DNA of 64,000 nucleotides. It comes from Vicugna vicugna. Taxonomy: Eukaryota. The DNA lies in NCBI GenBank assembly GCA_013265495.1, contig MU058000.1, forward strand, positions 248,001 through 312,000. The letters are read 5' to 3'. A model generated the notes under the pieces. It was not told the origin of the DNA, did not search any database, and saw only the letters and a list, made by a program, of their open reading frames with translations. Of this stretch, positions 63,341-64,000 are shown piece after piece (within the stretch, counting starts at the first letter, position 1; the number at the start of each line of letters is the position of its first letter). The position numbers and the translations under genes are program-made.

Positions 63341-64000
63341 ATCCCAGTACCTAATAGAGCGTGGCACATAGCGATCGGTCAATAAATCTTTCTGGAATGT
63401 AAATATCCTTTTACATTCCATTCATTCCACAAGTATTTTTTTTAGTGTATTCTCCATGTGCCGGGCATAGTAGACCCCAACTATGCAACAATGAAAGGGA
63501 AAAAGATCTCCAAACTCAAATAACTTCTTGTGTTTCAGTAAGTTTGTTTTTGCAATAGATCAACCAGTAAAATCAGTGAGGGCGAGCATCTTACCAGTAG
63601 CAGGTTATTATAACCATCAAGGCAAGCTGATGTCACAAAAGCGAGCACTGCCAGGGGTTAAGAAATAATCAGATGCGGTATAAATTTTGAGGACAGAACC
63701 AATATGATCTGCTGATGAGTTAAGAATGGGTCAGAGTGTGAGAAAATGAGATGGTTCTTTATACGTATTTGGTAAGCAAAAGAATATTATAATTCACTAA
63801 AGATTGGTTTTCTAAAATTAAAATACTACTTTTTTGTGAGTTAGATATATACCTCTTTCTCCTCTTTAAATAGATGCTTTGCACTGTTTCCTTCAAAGGA
63901 GGCGAAGATATTATGATTAATAGTATTTAATAGTAAACTAAGAGCGTTAGGAGAACAATAGTACTAACTGAGAAAAGTAATGGCATAAGTAGAACACTAG

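Noticed and set aside
2340..63421. Most ORFs in the supplied six-frame track
   Set aside because: They are short, often non-ATG starts, and mostly inside L1/L2/LTR remnants or low-complexity DNA. Only 39513..39869 (CEP128 exon) and parts of 6280..6537, 16221..16415 and 35264..35452 (candidate fossil exons) overlap supported coding-like sequence.

Overview
AT-rich, CpG-depleted mammalian genomic DNA. It is probably from a non-primate laurasiatherian: I recognised no Alu, B1, BovA or Can-SINE copies. The whole window lies inside CEP128 on the minus strand. Three intact GT-AG coding exons (57253-57077, 52815-52756, 39896-39704) splice in frame, followed by a long intron that runs off position 1. 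The background is ancient repeats (L1, L2, MIR, MLT1/MER21 LTRs, hAT DNA transposons), microsatellites and a 3'-truncated U2 snRNA retrocopy. The main unexpected result is inside that long intron (about 35,500 to 1), on the same strand as CEP128: a chain of about 15 decayed exons with mostly intact splice sites, phase-compatible across the WSC-like region. Hand translation gives three WSC-like cysteine repeats, then REJ-like segments, then GAIN/GPS-like segments, which is the order of a polycystin-1 (PKD1)-family ectodomain. Stops, frameshifts and an L1 insertion inside one exon indicate a fossil, intron-containing pseudogene. All protein and repeat-family assignments were made by eye from remembered sequences and need HMM/BLAST confirmation.
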